NCBI GenBank assembly: GCA_946965045.2
Contig: OX337231.1
Coordinates: 868,001-932,000, forward strand
Reading direction: 5' to 3'
Length of the DNA stretch: 64,000 nt
DNA from: Epithemia pelagica
Taxonomy: Eukaryota > Protista > Bacillariophyta
Below the pieces are notes generated by a model, which worked only from the letters and a program-made list of their open reading frames with translations, searched no databases and was not told the DNA's origin. Below are positions 32,434 to 43,563 of the stretch, in pieces (the first letter of the stretch is position 1; each line of letters starts with the position of its first letter). A program made the position numbers and the translations under genes.

Positions 32434-35400
32434 CTATGAAGACGGATCATAGTTCGGGTGAACGGTCAGCTTGGTTTCTAGTTCTTGCCGCTTGTGTTTT
32501 GGAGCTTCCCCGCCAACCGCAATTAGAACCATGTCGACATTGAGAAGACGTCGAATCACCAAGTTAACCTTTTTTCTTGCAGCATGTAAGTCGTCAGTAG
32601 CATCTCCAAAGTCTTGTTCCATATTGCCGAGATACCATTCCACCAAATCGCCCCATTTCATTACTCCCGAGTTGTTCGTCAAATCATCAGTGCCCGAGTC
32701 ATCATGCTGCTCAAGCGATCTAAGATGGGCCGCGATCGCAGATGCTATTCTTTGGTATTCTTCGTAGGAAATTTTTGTCTTTTTCTTCGATTTTCTCCGT
32801 CCTCTTTCTCCGGCTTCATCGTTCTCGTGTTCTTGGTCCTCCGTTTCTTCCATCGATTGTGCTGCATGATATTCCCCGGGATGTTCTTGCTGCGCCGCAG
32901 GTGAACCGTCGGTTTCTGGGCTGTCGTCTCCTTCTTCGTCGTTGTTTGCTTCACCAAGCTCTTCGTTGTCGTCATCGGCGTCATCTTCGATATCCACATC
33001 GGATGTTTCTACTTGAATGATGCTTGTCTTTAAAAGGCGAAAGGCTTCACGAACGTACCTAGGCTGTACGTAGGGATCGCAGTGAATTCGAGCCATGGCC
33101 TCGCTGAGTCGAATCATGGATTCCAATTGTCGTACTGTGATACGGTAGGCGGAGCGATTACGGCCCAAGGTGTCTCCCTGCCTCAACTTGCGGTAACAAT
33201 CAACCAACATTCGTTTGGATTCTTCCGTTATCTTTGGGTTGATGGTACGACAAAACCGGATGTACCGTTGCATTTGTTCCTTGGTAAACGGTGGCTTTGG
33301 TAGGCCATTCATGTCATGGGCATCGGCGTCGCTCGAAGCATTGTCACTGTTGCGCCATCGAGAACGGTGTACGTTCAGAATGTGCTGAGCCACACGTCGA
33401 TCCGCATCAGGATTACAATCGTCCAAAACAACAAAGAACAGATCAAATCGACTGAGAATGGGAGCACTAAGCGCAACATTCGCCTTGAGCGTTTTGGTAC
33501 GGTCGTATCGTCCATAGATGGGATTTGCGGCAGCCAAGATCGACGCCCGTGCGTTCAACGTTGCCTGGATGCCTGCTTTGGTAATGCTGATCGTCTATAC
33601 CAGATGCACAACCAGTCAATCTTTCCATGAGAACCCAAACTGGATAAAGTCCTGAACAAATTCGTGGGCGAACTTACCTGTTGCTCCATTGCTTCATGAA
33701 TGGCAACTTGATCCGCAGGATCCATTTTATCACTGTAAATGGCAATCAAAATCACACAACGATCCACAATGTTGTTAGGGTGCTTTCTCTCTTTCTTCCG
33801 ACTACCTTTTCGTTGCTGGTACGTACAATTCATCGATACAACAAATTCCATTGTCGGCCAGCATGAGAGCACCCGCTTCAATTCCGTATTCTCCCGTATC
33901 GGCATCCTTTTGCACCGCGGCCGTCAAACCAGCGGCCGACGAGGCCTTGCCACTGGCGTAAACAGCCCGGGTGGGCAAAAAGGAGTGCACATACTGTAAG
34001 AATTGAGACTTGGCCGTACTGGGATCTCCGGTAATGCAAACATTCAAATCGCCCCGCAACCGACTGCCATCGGGGACTGTGGTTTTGTGGACACCGCCCA
34101 CTAACAGCAGCAAAATGCCCTTTTTGATTTCGACATGACCAAAGGTGGTGGGACACAAACTCTGCACCAAGTCTTCGTAGAGACGTGGGCGTTGCGACAT
34201 GTCACGAATTTCTCGTCGTTGGGCGCGGGTCAACTCCAATACGACTTGCTCGGCCGTGGGGTCGCTATCGGCCGAAGGATCGGCACTCCCTCCTCCACTA
34301 CTACTGTTGCCGCTCGAAAAGAGCCACGACGTGAGAGGACGATGAATCGCTTCAATGGGCAAAATGGTCACGGCGACAAAACAGGTGCGGTAGGTCAATT
34401 CTCGGACACCGAGCGCTTTGAGGCCCTGCACACCACCCGATGTATCATTGTTGTTCATGGTTCGAACACTCTTGGGAACTTCCCCGAGGCGTGCCAATGC
34501 GGATCCATCGGGAATGACTACCAACGAGCCGACAAATAGGCAGGGGTCTCCGGCCTTGCACCGTTCCACCATTTCGTGTCGGACCATGATATCCAGACTT
34601 CGGGGCATACTCCCGGGCGGAATTTCGTCCGATCCTTCCTGGACGCGGAGCTTTTGCCAATCCGTCAACTCCGACTCGGCCGTTTCCAAACAAAACTGCA
34701 AGGGCGAGTCGTTTTTGCATCGAGGGTTTCGGCAGACGGTGGGCCTGGTATAGTGATAGTGCTGGGGGACACCACTGGCCAGCAAGCCACATTTCATACA
34801 CCGGAAACTCCCCGTCAACAATTCCGGTCTCACTTCCGATGTTCTCGTCACAACTCCTTCCAATGCCGAGAGACGACCAATACGATCGGTTCGCAGCTCT
34901 CGAATGGAAAAGGTTTCTGTGGGCAATCCATAAAAGGCTACAAAGTACAAGGTGGAATTCTTTGCTTGCACCGACCCGGACGCATCCCGATCGAGTTCCG
35001 GATGCAGTTGCAAGACGAGGAGTTTGGTCGCATTGCGCAAAAAGGGCTCAAAGCGCAAGAATTCGGCTTGAATGGCTTCCGCCAACTCGGCATCGTCCCG
35101 CACAATGTGACGCAGATCCACCCACAAGGTGGAAGAAAATTGACTCAGGGGAGATTCGTCGGTAGTAGTCTCCGGGTTCAAGCCTCGACGGTGCAACTGG
35201 CGACGAGCCATTTGATGCGCCTGTTCCACATAGGGGTACAACCATGCGCCTCCAGTATTGCCGAGGAGACCATTGTGTTCCATGTCGACATCTTGGTCGT
35301 CGTCGTCGGTTTGTACCTGTTCCGAGCTGCACGAATATAGAGTGTGTGGTATAGGCCAAGCCCCGATAAAATCACAATAGGAGAAGGAAGCAAGAAAGTG

Positions 35401-35881
35401 AGTACAGTATAGCCGCAACGAGTCTCGACTGCCCCAAACGGCCCCGGTTTGCCACCATTGGTCTTCATCGCTGCCCTTTTGGTACGTACCAGGCGGTCAG
35501 AAATTGCAAAAACCGTTCTTGGACCAACTGTCCCGTGGCATCCGTGGCTTCGACGGCCGCATCTCCGACGCCCATGAGAGCTTCTTCGACGGCGACATTG
35601 CGACGGGAGGTGCCTTGAGTGTTGCGGGGGAGAGCGGCCACATGAGCGGCGGCATGCGCCGCTTGGGCATCCATGGCCTCTTCCTCCTCCTCGTGTTGTT
35701 GTTCTTGTTGGGGCGGCATGTCGTGGTCGTCCTCGGGAGACAGGGGTCGTGCTACCATGCGTGCTCCTTCCACGGACAGGGGAGACCCCGTCATGACGGC
35801 ATCTCTCGTGTCGTCGTCCACCGTGTCGTTCTGGTGGCGAAAGGATGACTGTTGTTGTCGTTGTTGTTGCGGTTCCTCCAT
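32434..35881 (-). CDS. MCM6: DNA replication licensing factor MCM6 (4 exons; introns 35327-35489, 33733-33826, 33595-33677)
   Basis: WQKLRVQE...EIPPGSMPRSLD, C4 Zn finger, GDPSTAKSQFL, SGKASSAAGLTAAV, IEAGALMLADNGICCIDE|FDKM...IHEAMEQQ|TISITKAG, GRYD...ILSRFDLFF, ITVRQLESMIRLSEA. All three introns are GT-AG and in phase. Confidence 0.95.
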
Positions 35882-36136
35882 GGTGGTTGCTGCTTACAAC
35901 ACAAACGGCGACTTGCTCGAATGGAGACGAATTCAATGAGTGAGCGAGAACCGAACTCTCTGGAGTGAATGAGAGAGCGTAGTACAAGAGAGGGAAAGGG
36001 TTCAAGATCAAGAGGTTTCCTTTGGTGTTTCGATTGTCTGCGGATGGTTGAGTCCAATGCAGCTGCGGTCGTTGTTTTGTGAGCGTCCACAAAGGATGGT
36101 CACGCGTTTCGAAAAAGGCGGGCGCGCGTAAAATAT

Positions 36137-36166
36137 GGCGCGAAATCTTCTGTGCATGCGCGAAAA
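36137..36166 (-). promoter_or_regulatory. Two E2F-type sites upstream of MCM6
   Basis: TTTCGCGCC (36137-36145) and TTTTCGCGC (36158-36166) on the MCM6 sense strand, about 255-285 bp upstream of its ATG. They fit the TTTSSCGC consensus, and MCM genes are classic E2F targets. Confidence 0.6.
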
Positions 36167-36468
36167 GCTACCTATCCCAATGTTATATCTACATAGGAGC
36201 AGTAGTTGTCTAGGTTGTCCCGAAGAAGGCAGTTGGACCATGGCAAAAGACGTCGAAAGTCGAAGAACCAAAAGTGTTGTGCATTGGTCTAGCCTTCCTT
36301 TGACGTGGAACCAAAGCCGTCTAACAAGAGCCGCACAGCAACAAGAGCAACACCGGGCCTTTGGTCTCGGGCAGCAACGAATAGAGAAAAGGAAAGCGAC
36401 GACGTTTGAAGGAAGCGTCAGAAGCGACACATGATCCACAAACGTTGCGCACGACTCTCAATCTGTCA

Positions 36469-39400
36469 TTATTCGTCCACCTCCATGGGTTCCGGTTGCT
36501 CCTTGGTCGCATCCATCGTGTCGTCCACTCCTGTGGTTTGGTTCTCGTCGTCCGTAGGACGGGCCGTCGTGGCATCCTCCCGGTCATGGAGGATGCCCAT
36601 TTCTTCTTTCCATTGTGTCACGCTTGCCTCGGGCAATAGTTTTAACATTTTCAAATATTGTTTCTTGACGGGTGCAAATGGCATCTCCTCGTTGCCTCCT
36701 TTCGTGGTTTCGTCGTCCGTGTCGTCCGTGACAAGTGTCTGGGTCCACCAACTCGCAAAGGATTGTACTGATTTGCCTGTTTCATTCGGTTCCTCTGGAT
36801 GAGTCGCGTTGGTACGTGAGGCGGCTCTTCCGGTGACAGCTTGGACCGTGTCCGCGACAAAGAGTAGCAAGGTATCGCGGGGAAGGATTTGGTTCCCAAT
36901 ACTCGACCATTCGTTGAATAACTGAATCAAGCATTCATGGGCGGCCGACACCATGACGACACGTTTCCTCTGTTCCCATGCTTTGGACAACCAGGACAAC
37001 CACGATTGGACAATGGCATCTCGCGATGCTTTGGACAATTTGGCCTTGTGACGAAGAATGGCACGAATCAGACATTGAAAAAAGGGTCGATCCTGCAAAA
37101 ATGTGCCGGCGTTGCGAGACATGTGCGCCAAGGCAGTTGCAAACTTGGGATAGGTCACCGCCAACGAGGTCTCGGTGGTACTTCCTGGTTGACTTAAATG
37201 AACAATTGCCCCTTGCAGGAGGGCCATGGGAACTTCCAGAAACTGGCCCTGAATCCATTCCTTGGACTTGATGGGCCTTGGAACCAATGAGTCGTCCGAT
37301 TCCGCTGCATCATGCAAATCTCCAGCTGGTGTCGTAACCCGTTTGTCCAATTCGGCTTCAAGGAACAATCGAAGAACCAGTGGCAAGTCTTGCCGCAAGG
37401 TCGCATAGGGGACAAACATGGCAGGGTCTTCACCCTCCCGTTCCTCCAAGCCTTTGAGACCACCGCTCGGCACAAAATATCGCTTGGCTCGAATGGCACA
37501 AATCTGAGTTGACCATCGAGCCATATGGAGCAGCTGGAGAAGAGATGGAATGACAAAGCTCGCTGCTGGTACTGTCGTTCCCTGTGTGATGCTCACTCTG
37601 GTTTCTCGTAGCGCACGATCCATCACAATGCGGACAAAGAAAGGATCCGACAAGATCATAAAGGCCAACGATGGCATGCTGGGGAGAAACTCCTCCTTTT
37701 CCTTTTTGCGTTTCTTTGTAGCCTTTTCGAGTGGAGTAATATCGGGTCGCTCCGCCATGGCCTTGCGTTTTCGGTCTTCTTCTTCCTCTGTCCGTCGTTT
37801 TACAATCTCCGTTTGATACAACCGCCGGGCTTGCGGGAAGATCTCTTCCTCAAATATCTTCTTTTGTCGAAGGGCTTCTCCACGAAACCATTTTCCCGCT
37901 TTTCCTTTGTTGTAGTCATGACAGTTCTTAAACATGAGTTCAACCTCACGTTTCCACCCATCGACATCTTTGTAGTCATTGTGTTCAATCTTTTGCTCCA
38001 TATCCAGAATACACATGGGTTGTTTGATAATCTTGGAGTAGCCGGGGGCAATCTTATCTGTGACAGGATTGAGGAACAAGTTTTGGGGGTCCGACTCTTT
38101 CAATGCGGTTATACCCGCCGTGATAATATGGTTGAGTTGTCGTTGGAGCGCATTGGTCATGCTCAAGTCCGCTTTCTTGTCGTCCGTTGACCCATCCTCT
38201 TTGGAAACCGTATCCTTCTTGGGAGCATCCACTGGACCATCATGGTCAATCAAAAACACCTCCCGTAAGGCCTTTTGTATATTCTTAATGGCGTCATTGG
38301 AAATATTCCCCTCTTGGACGCATTCATCACTGATCCGAGCCAATTCATGAACGTGCTGGTATGCCTTGGGAAGGGGTCCTCCCGAGGAAAGCAAAATGTC
38401 ACTCACCAAAGTACAATGCAAGTGTTGTGCTCCGGCTTGGAATGGATTTTCCTCCATACCATGACGTGCAATGAGCATGGTCATGAGGGCATACAACAAT
38501 TTGGGACGAAACGAAAGTGCCGTGGTACTGCCACCGGAATCGGACAGAAAGACCCGTAATTGTGCAATGGCCTTACTGGACGATGTCTGATCGGTTGCCT
38601 TTGTGTTACTCGCGAGTGTACCATGTTTCCCACCAGCACCACTGCCTCCCAACAATCCTGACGTTGTCCCAGCGGCAGAGGGAGATTTTTCCATGGTCGA
38701 TGAGGTAAGGGCACGCCGTTGCGTCGTCAACATGCGTCGTTCTCGAACACTGGCCACAAACGGACGATTGGCGGCTTCGGTAAGTAATGTATTGTTGCAG
38801 TATCGTTGCACCAAAGGATAAATCGTTTCATACAACAAGGTTTTCTCACATTCCACCAAAAAGTCCTTGGGTGGTTGGTCCGATTCGGTCGGGAACCGAG
38901 CGACCCAATCACCTTCCCAAACCAGTTTCTTGAGAAGAGCCGGAAGTGGTCTGAAAATGTCGGCGTGTTTGAGAGAACCCGCTTCATCTCGTTCCGCGAG
39001 TGCTTGCAGAACTGCATGTGGCGTTTTCTCACCGAGTTGCTTCAGGACGGACCAGACAATCGGACGCAACTCGGGCAAACTAACGGCATAGGACCACGAC
39101 TCTCTCAGCAAGTCCAGCAACGGTTCTTCACTTTTAGTTTTTCGAACTTCATCTTCCAGTTGCTTGAGCAACGTATCTGATATGCGTTTGTGTACTTCGT
39201 ACTGACTGACACCTAAATGGCTCAGAAATGTCATGACCGAGTCGGTATCCAAGGATTCTACCACACCCGACGATCCTTTCTTTTTCTTTTCCCCAGATGC
39301 TTCAGACCGAGTCGTTGTCTTGTTATCCGCTCGAGATTCTGGAATAGACGTCGTGCCAAACGCCTTGGACATCATGAAATGCAACGAGTGCGATTTTTGA

Positions 39401-39525
39401 AAGGCCTGAATGGTGCGTTCCGGGTTGGACGTACGTTTCAGTTCGCGCAAAAGTTCCTTTCGGCCTGTTGCGCCCACAGGAAACACAAAGGACTTCTCAC
39501 CAGCATTCTTATTCGAACCGGACAT
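36469..39525 (-). CDS. NELF-B/COBRA1-like helical domain fused to a bromodomain
   Basis: Bromodomain at about 37820-38130 (DPQNLFLNPV..IAPGYSKIIKQPM...LMFKNCHDYN). The N-terminal ~430 aa show colinear blocks resembling NELF-B (see findings); Lys/Arg-rich NLS-like stretch. Confidence 0.75.
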   Translation of the reverse strand: MSGSNKNAGEKSFVFPVGATGRKELLRELKRTSNPERTIQAFQKSHSLHFMMSKAFGTTSIPESRADNKTTTRSEASGEKKKKGSSGVVESLDTDSVMTFLSHLGVSQYEVHKRISDTLLKQLEDEVRKTKSEEPLLDLLRESWSYAVSLPELRPIVWSVLKQLGEKTPHAVLQALAERDEAGSLKHADIFRPLPALLKKLVWEGDWVARFPTESDQPPKDFLVECEKTLLYETIYPLVQRYCNNTLLTEAANRPFVASVRERRMLTTQRRALTSSTMEKSPSAAGTTSGLLGGSGAGGKHGTLASNTKATDQTSSSKAIAQLRVFLSDSGGSTTALSFRPKLLYALMTMLIARHGMEENPFQAGAQHLHCTLVSDILLSSGGPLPKAYQHVHELARISDECVQEGNISNDAIKNIQKALREVFLIDHDGPVDAPKKDTVSKEDGSTDDKKADLSMTNALQRQLNHIITAGITALKESDPQNLFLNPVTDKIAPGYSKIIKQPMCILDMEQKIEHNDYKDVDGWKREVELMFKNCHDYNKGKAGKWFRGEALRQKKIFEEEIFPQARRLYQTEIVKRRTEEEEDRKRKAMAERPDITPLEKATKKRKKEKEEFLPSMPSLAFMILSDPFFVRIVMDRALRETRVSITQGTTVPAASFVIPSLLQLLHMARWSTQICAIRAKRYFVPSGGLKGLEEREGEDPAMFVPYATLRQDLPLVLRLFLEAELDKRVTTPAGDLHDAAESDDSLVPRPIKSKEWIQGQFLEVPMALLQGAIVHLSQPGSTTETSLAVTYPKFATALAHMSRNAGTFLQDRPFFQCLIRAILRHKAKLSKASRDAIVQSWLSWLSKAWEQRKRVVMVSAAHECLIQLFNEWSSIGNQILPRDTLLLFVADTVQAVTGRAASRTNATHPEEPNETGKSVQSFASWWTQTLVTDDTDDETTKGGNEEMPFAPVKKQYLKMLKLLPEASVTQWKEEMGILHDREDATTARPTDDENQTTGVDDTMDATKEQPEPMEVDE

Positions 39526-39883
39526 GATTGCAGAAGTGTTGAAAGCGCAACTAATGTCAAGGGTTTATGGTCTTTCCTTCCCATTGATTGATTTCCCATG
39601 GTGCGGGGAGGATTTTTCGTCACGCGCAAATCGGAAAAATTACTTTAATCGCGTTTCATTCGCCTTAGGGCAGGCTGACAGCTGACAGGCAACTCGCAAA
39701 ATTCTGCCTCAATTCTTCTCCCACCACCACCACCACGTTCTCATTTTTTCAAGTGTTTGGCATCATCATACATTGACCACGCATGATGCCGATATGAGAA
39801 CATTATCGTTGCAGTGTCTTTCCTCCACCCAGAGTATCAATAACAACGACCTACGGTGAAGGCGCTTTCGGAGAAGCAAAACC

Positions 39884-41604
39884 ATGGAGGAGATTCCCCT
39901 TTCTCCACTAACGACGACGAGAAACACGCACGACGCAAGGGATGCCATAGATTACAGCGAAGTCTATGAGCACGGCGAACATCCAGGGACTGTGCCTCTC
40001 AGGGTGACGGGATGGACCTACTTGTATGCTTTGTGTGCGGCAGTAAATTCCTGCAACATTGGCTATGACATTGGAGTGAGCACGGAAGCAGGACGGCTGA
40101 TCGAAAGGGACCTTGATCTTACTTGTATGTAACAAGATTCTTGAGTTTCAAGTTTGACGTGTGACTCATGGATCGTTTCACTAATTTGCAATGTAATTTT
40201 GTTCGTTATCGCCTGGAATCACTCACAGCGGTGGAGCGAGAGTTGTTTATTGGTTCCTTGAATTTCTGGGCCATGTTTGGTGCGTTGGGGGCACATTATT
40301 TTTCTGACAAATGGGGGCGACGCAGAGCCTTTGTGGTTGCTGCGATTGGTTTTATTATTGGTATTGGCATCACTGTTCTTGCTCAGAACTACACAACTTT
40401 AATGGTCGGTCGTCTCCTGGTCGGCCTGGGTGTGGGTGTGGGTCTTGCCATTGATCCTCTTTACATTGCCGAGGTGACACCGGCCAAGTATCGAGGTGAA
40501 CTTGTCACATGGTCGGAGATTGCGACCAATGTTGGAATTATTTTTGGATTTTCGACAGGACTTTTCATGGGTGGATTGGATGATGGAGTCGCGTGGAGAA
40601 TAATGTTTTTAATGGGCTGCATCATGCCGACACTCATGATTGTTATGGTTGCTACCGTCATGCCAGAATCGCCGCGTTGGCTGGTCGCCAACAACCGCGA
40701 GGATGACGCTTTGGAAATTTTGTCCAGAATCTATCCCCCTGGTTATGACACCACTCCAATATTATACGACATGCAAGAAGCCATTGCTCGAGATACAGCA
40801 GCGGAAAACGCAGTTGGATGGACGGTTGTGTTCCGACCCACGTCCGCCTTTCGACGAATGCTCATGGTGGGGGTTGGAACAGCAATCGCACACCAGGCTG
40901 TCGGCATTGATGCCATTCAGTACTATCTTCTGGATATCATTGAAGATTCCGGTATTGAATCTGATAAGATGCAGAATTGGGTCTTGGTCTTTCTGGGAAT
41001 TATCAAGCTGGTCTTTATCGTTGTTGGTGGCAAGTGTTTTGACCGTTTCGGACGACGACCACTCTTTTTTGTTTCCCTACTTGGAATGTACTTTTCGTTG
41101 GCCATGGTGGGGGTCTCCAAACTCATGCCACCTAGCGTGAGTACATGGACGGAAATTACGAGCCTGGCGTTTTATTTGGCAACCTTTAGTATTGGTATGG
41201 GTCCAGGTGGTTGGCTGATTCCATCCGAAGTGTTTTCTGTGTCCATCCGAGCCAAGGCCATGTCGGTAGCAACCACCATGAACCGTGCCGTCGCCACGAT
41301 CATGTCTTCAACATTCTTGTCCATTGCAGAGGCCATGGGATTCGGCGCCTTTTGTTCCTTGCTGGCCATTATTTGTGCAGCAGTGTTGGCCTTTTTGTAT
41401 GCATATCTACCAGAAACAAAGGGACATACATTAGAGGATATGTCGATTTATTTTGCCGAGATTACAGGTGATCGAAGTATCTTGGAAGCGGAGGCAGAGT
41501 TAATGCATCAATGGGCGGAAACGCAATCAAAACGAGGGGAACAAGAAGAAGAAGAGGAAGAAGCCGGAGCCATGTTACATCAAAACGAGAGAAATGTACA
41601 GTAA
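39884..41604 (+). CDS. MFS sugar porter, polyol/monosaccharide transporter-like (2 exons; intron 40125-40228)
   Basis: GYDIGV, SDKWGRRRA, LMVGRLLVGLGVG, YIAEVTPAKYRGEL, PESPRWLV, DRFGRR, PETKGHTLE. Confidence 0.92.
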
Positions 41605-41852
41605 CACTAGAAATGAATGTTTTTGTTGGGCGTTGGTATCGTCCGATTGCTTTATTTTAGTTGTCGTGGCAGCAGGAGCTGAAACTCTCATGATGTCATC
41701 AATTAACCTCACATAGACGGATTAAACAAATTTACCATACATATTACGTCTCGACCACTGCCGTGTTTCCATAAAGAGCATGTTCACGAACCTCGATACA
41801 GGGAATTGGGCATAATCGTTTCGATTTTTTCACTTCCCATTCAACCATTGGG

Positions 41853-43298
41853 TCATGTCTGGCTCTGGCTGCTTAAAGGTCCGTTGTAGTTCTCCAACAA
41901 TAAAATGTCTTGGGGTCGGCACGACGTACGACACACTGGACATTCCATCTTGGACGCAACCCATTGTTGTAGACAGCTCCAACAGAAGATATGACCGCAA
42001 TGAACCGAACATGCCGGAAAAGTTCGGGGCTCTTGGCAAATTGAACACGACACAGGTTGTCGTTTTGAGTTCTCATGCCGACGTTTTGGGTCCACACTGC
42101 TCGAAGGACTTGAGAAAAGAGGTACTTGCTTGTCGTTTTCGGAACCAGAGAGTCTCGTGGTCTTTGAATGGAGCGATTTGCGCACCGAAAAATGAATGTA
42201 GGATCGGGTAAGATACCTCAGTCCTTCTTTAACAGCATGAGAAAGAATGAGAAAGCCCAGGATACGAACTGACTGTGGTTGCGGCGGATTGTGCAATCGT
42301 TCGTCCGACACTGCATGTCTTCCTCCGTCTTGCGTCAATTTCCTGGTAGAAGTATCAGCGGTTCCTCGTCGGAGAAACGTCCACATTGGCCAATAGAACT
42401 GTCCACCAAGACAGTGGTAGGCAATCTGTAAACGAATGAGCCAATATCCCACCGATGCAAGGATTGGTGACGAATGCACTATGCCATTGTCTTGGATGAG
42501 AGTATTAGCATTTTCAGGAAGGTCATGCGGTCCTCCAGCGCTACATGAGCTTAATGCGTTGACAATTGAATGTAGAGTGGCAACACTCCATTGCTTCAGT
42601 CGGTCCACCCACGGTGCTCCCAGAGGACCAACGATCGATTCGAGAGAAGGTGTTTTTTCCGAATGAATCGGTCCAAGAGGATCATAGACCAACCCGTTCG
42701 TATCCTCCGTGAACATATCGCTGGGACTATGCTCTTGCCTTTCCTCTTGTTGATACCGGTGGTGTGTAGCACGTGCTATCATTTCTTGTCGTTGCCTCGC
42801 AAACGCTTGGCGTCGTGGATTGCCTCTCAACAAGGAACCATTGGCCAACGCCATCGTTGGAGCTCTGGCAGATTCTTGTTCTGAGTTGGAGGTGCTTTGG
42901 ATTCCTCTGGTTTTGTGATAATAGACAACGGAAGCGCCAGCCACAGCCAAGGATGCGATTGTGGATGTCCACCAAGATCCAGTGATCTGAGGGTGGTGGC
43001 CAGTTTTCAGTCGCAAACCACTTGCTTCCATACCAATCGTCCGACCCCTTCGAACGGCAAGCCATCTATACAACACTGCTCCAATGAGCCACGACGTTGC
43101 CGTTAATTTGGGTGTATTCAAAGTACTGGCAAAGGACGGATCGAGCCATTCCAACAGTTTGGCCAATAAACGGCGACAGTCCTCCACATACCGCTGGTCC
43201 TTTGAGAAAGAAATCAAAACATTGGACGCAATGGCGTTCCTTTGAGCATCATCTTCACACGTCGTCTTCAAGTCCTGTGTCTCACATCTCGAATCCAT
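41853..43298 (-). CDS. PEX10: Peroxisome biogenesis RING protein, PEX10-like
   Basis: N-terminal SKDQRY and RTIGME (cf. the Pex2/10/12 QKD..Y and TLGEEY motifs); C-terminal C3HC4 RING CSICQEPR..PACSVHCGHIFCWSCLQQW..SKMECPVCR. Confidence 0.7.
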   Translation of the reverse strand: MDSRCETQDLKTTCEDDAQRNAIASNVLISFSKDQRYVEDCRRLLAKLLEWLDPSFASTLNTPKLTATSWLIGAVLYRWLAVRRGRTIGMEASGLRLKTGHHPQITGSWWTSTIASLAVAGASVVYYHKTRGIQSTSNSEQESARAPTMALANGSLLRGNPRRQAFARQRQEMIARATHHRYQQEERQEHSPSDMFTEDTNGLVYDPLGPIHSEKTPSLESIVGPLGAPWVDRLKQWSVATLHSIVNALSSCSAGGPHDLPENANTLIQDNGIVHSSPILASVGYWLIRLQIAYHCLGGQFYWPMWTFLRRGTADTSTRKLTQDGGRHAVSDERLHNPPQPQSVRILGFLILSHAVKEGLRYLTRSYIHFSVRKSLHSKTTRLSGSENDKQVPLFSSPSSSVDPKRRHENSKRQPVSCSICQEPRTFPACSVHCGHIFCWSCLQQWVASKMECPVCRTSCRPQDILLLENYNGPLSSQSQT

Positions 43299-43563
43299 TC
43301 TTCTCTATCACATGACTTGTCTCATTTTCTCATAGGGCCGACGCTGTCGCTACCAGGAAGAGGAAAAACTACGGTACCTAAGCAATCATACTCCTAATGA
43401 TACTCCTAGTATAGCCAGGAGGGAGGCCAAAAAGACGACGACAACAATAATGCATAGGAACACTTTCTAACGTAGGTTTGATTACTTTAAAAGTCTTGAT
43501 GCACAGTCGATCGATTCTGCTGGCATCCCTGTGGTTTCCTGCCGTCTCCCCATTCTATCGTTG

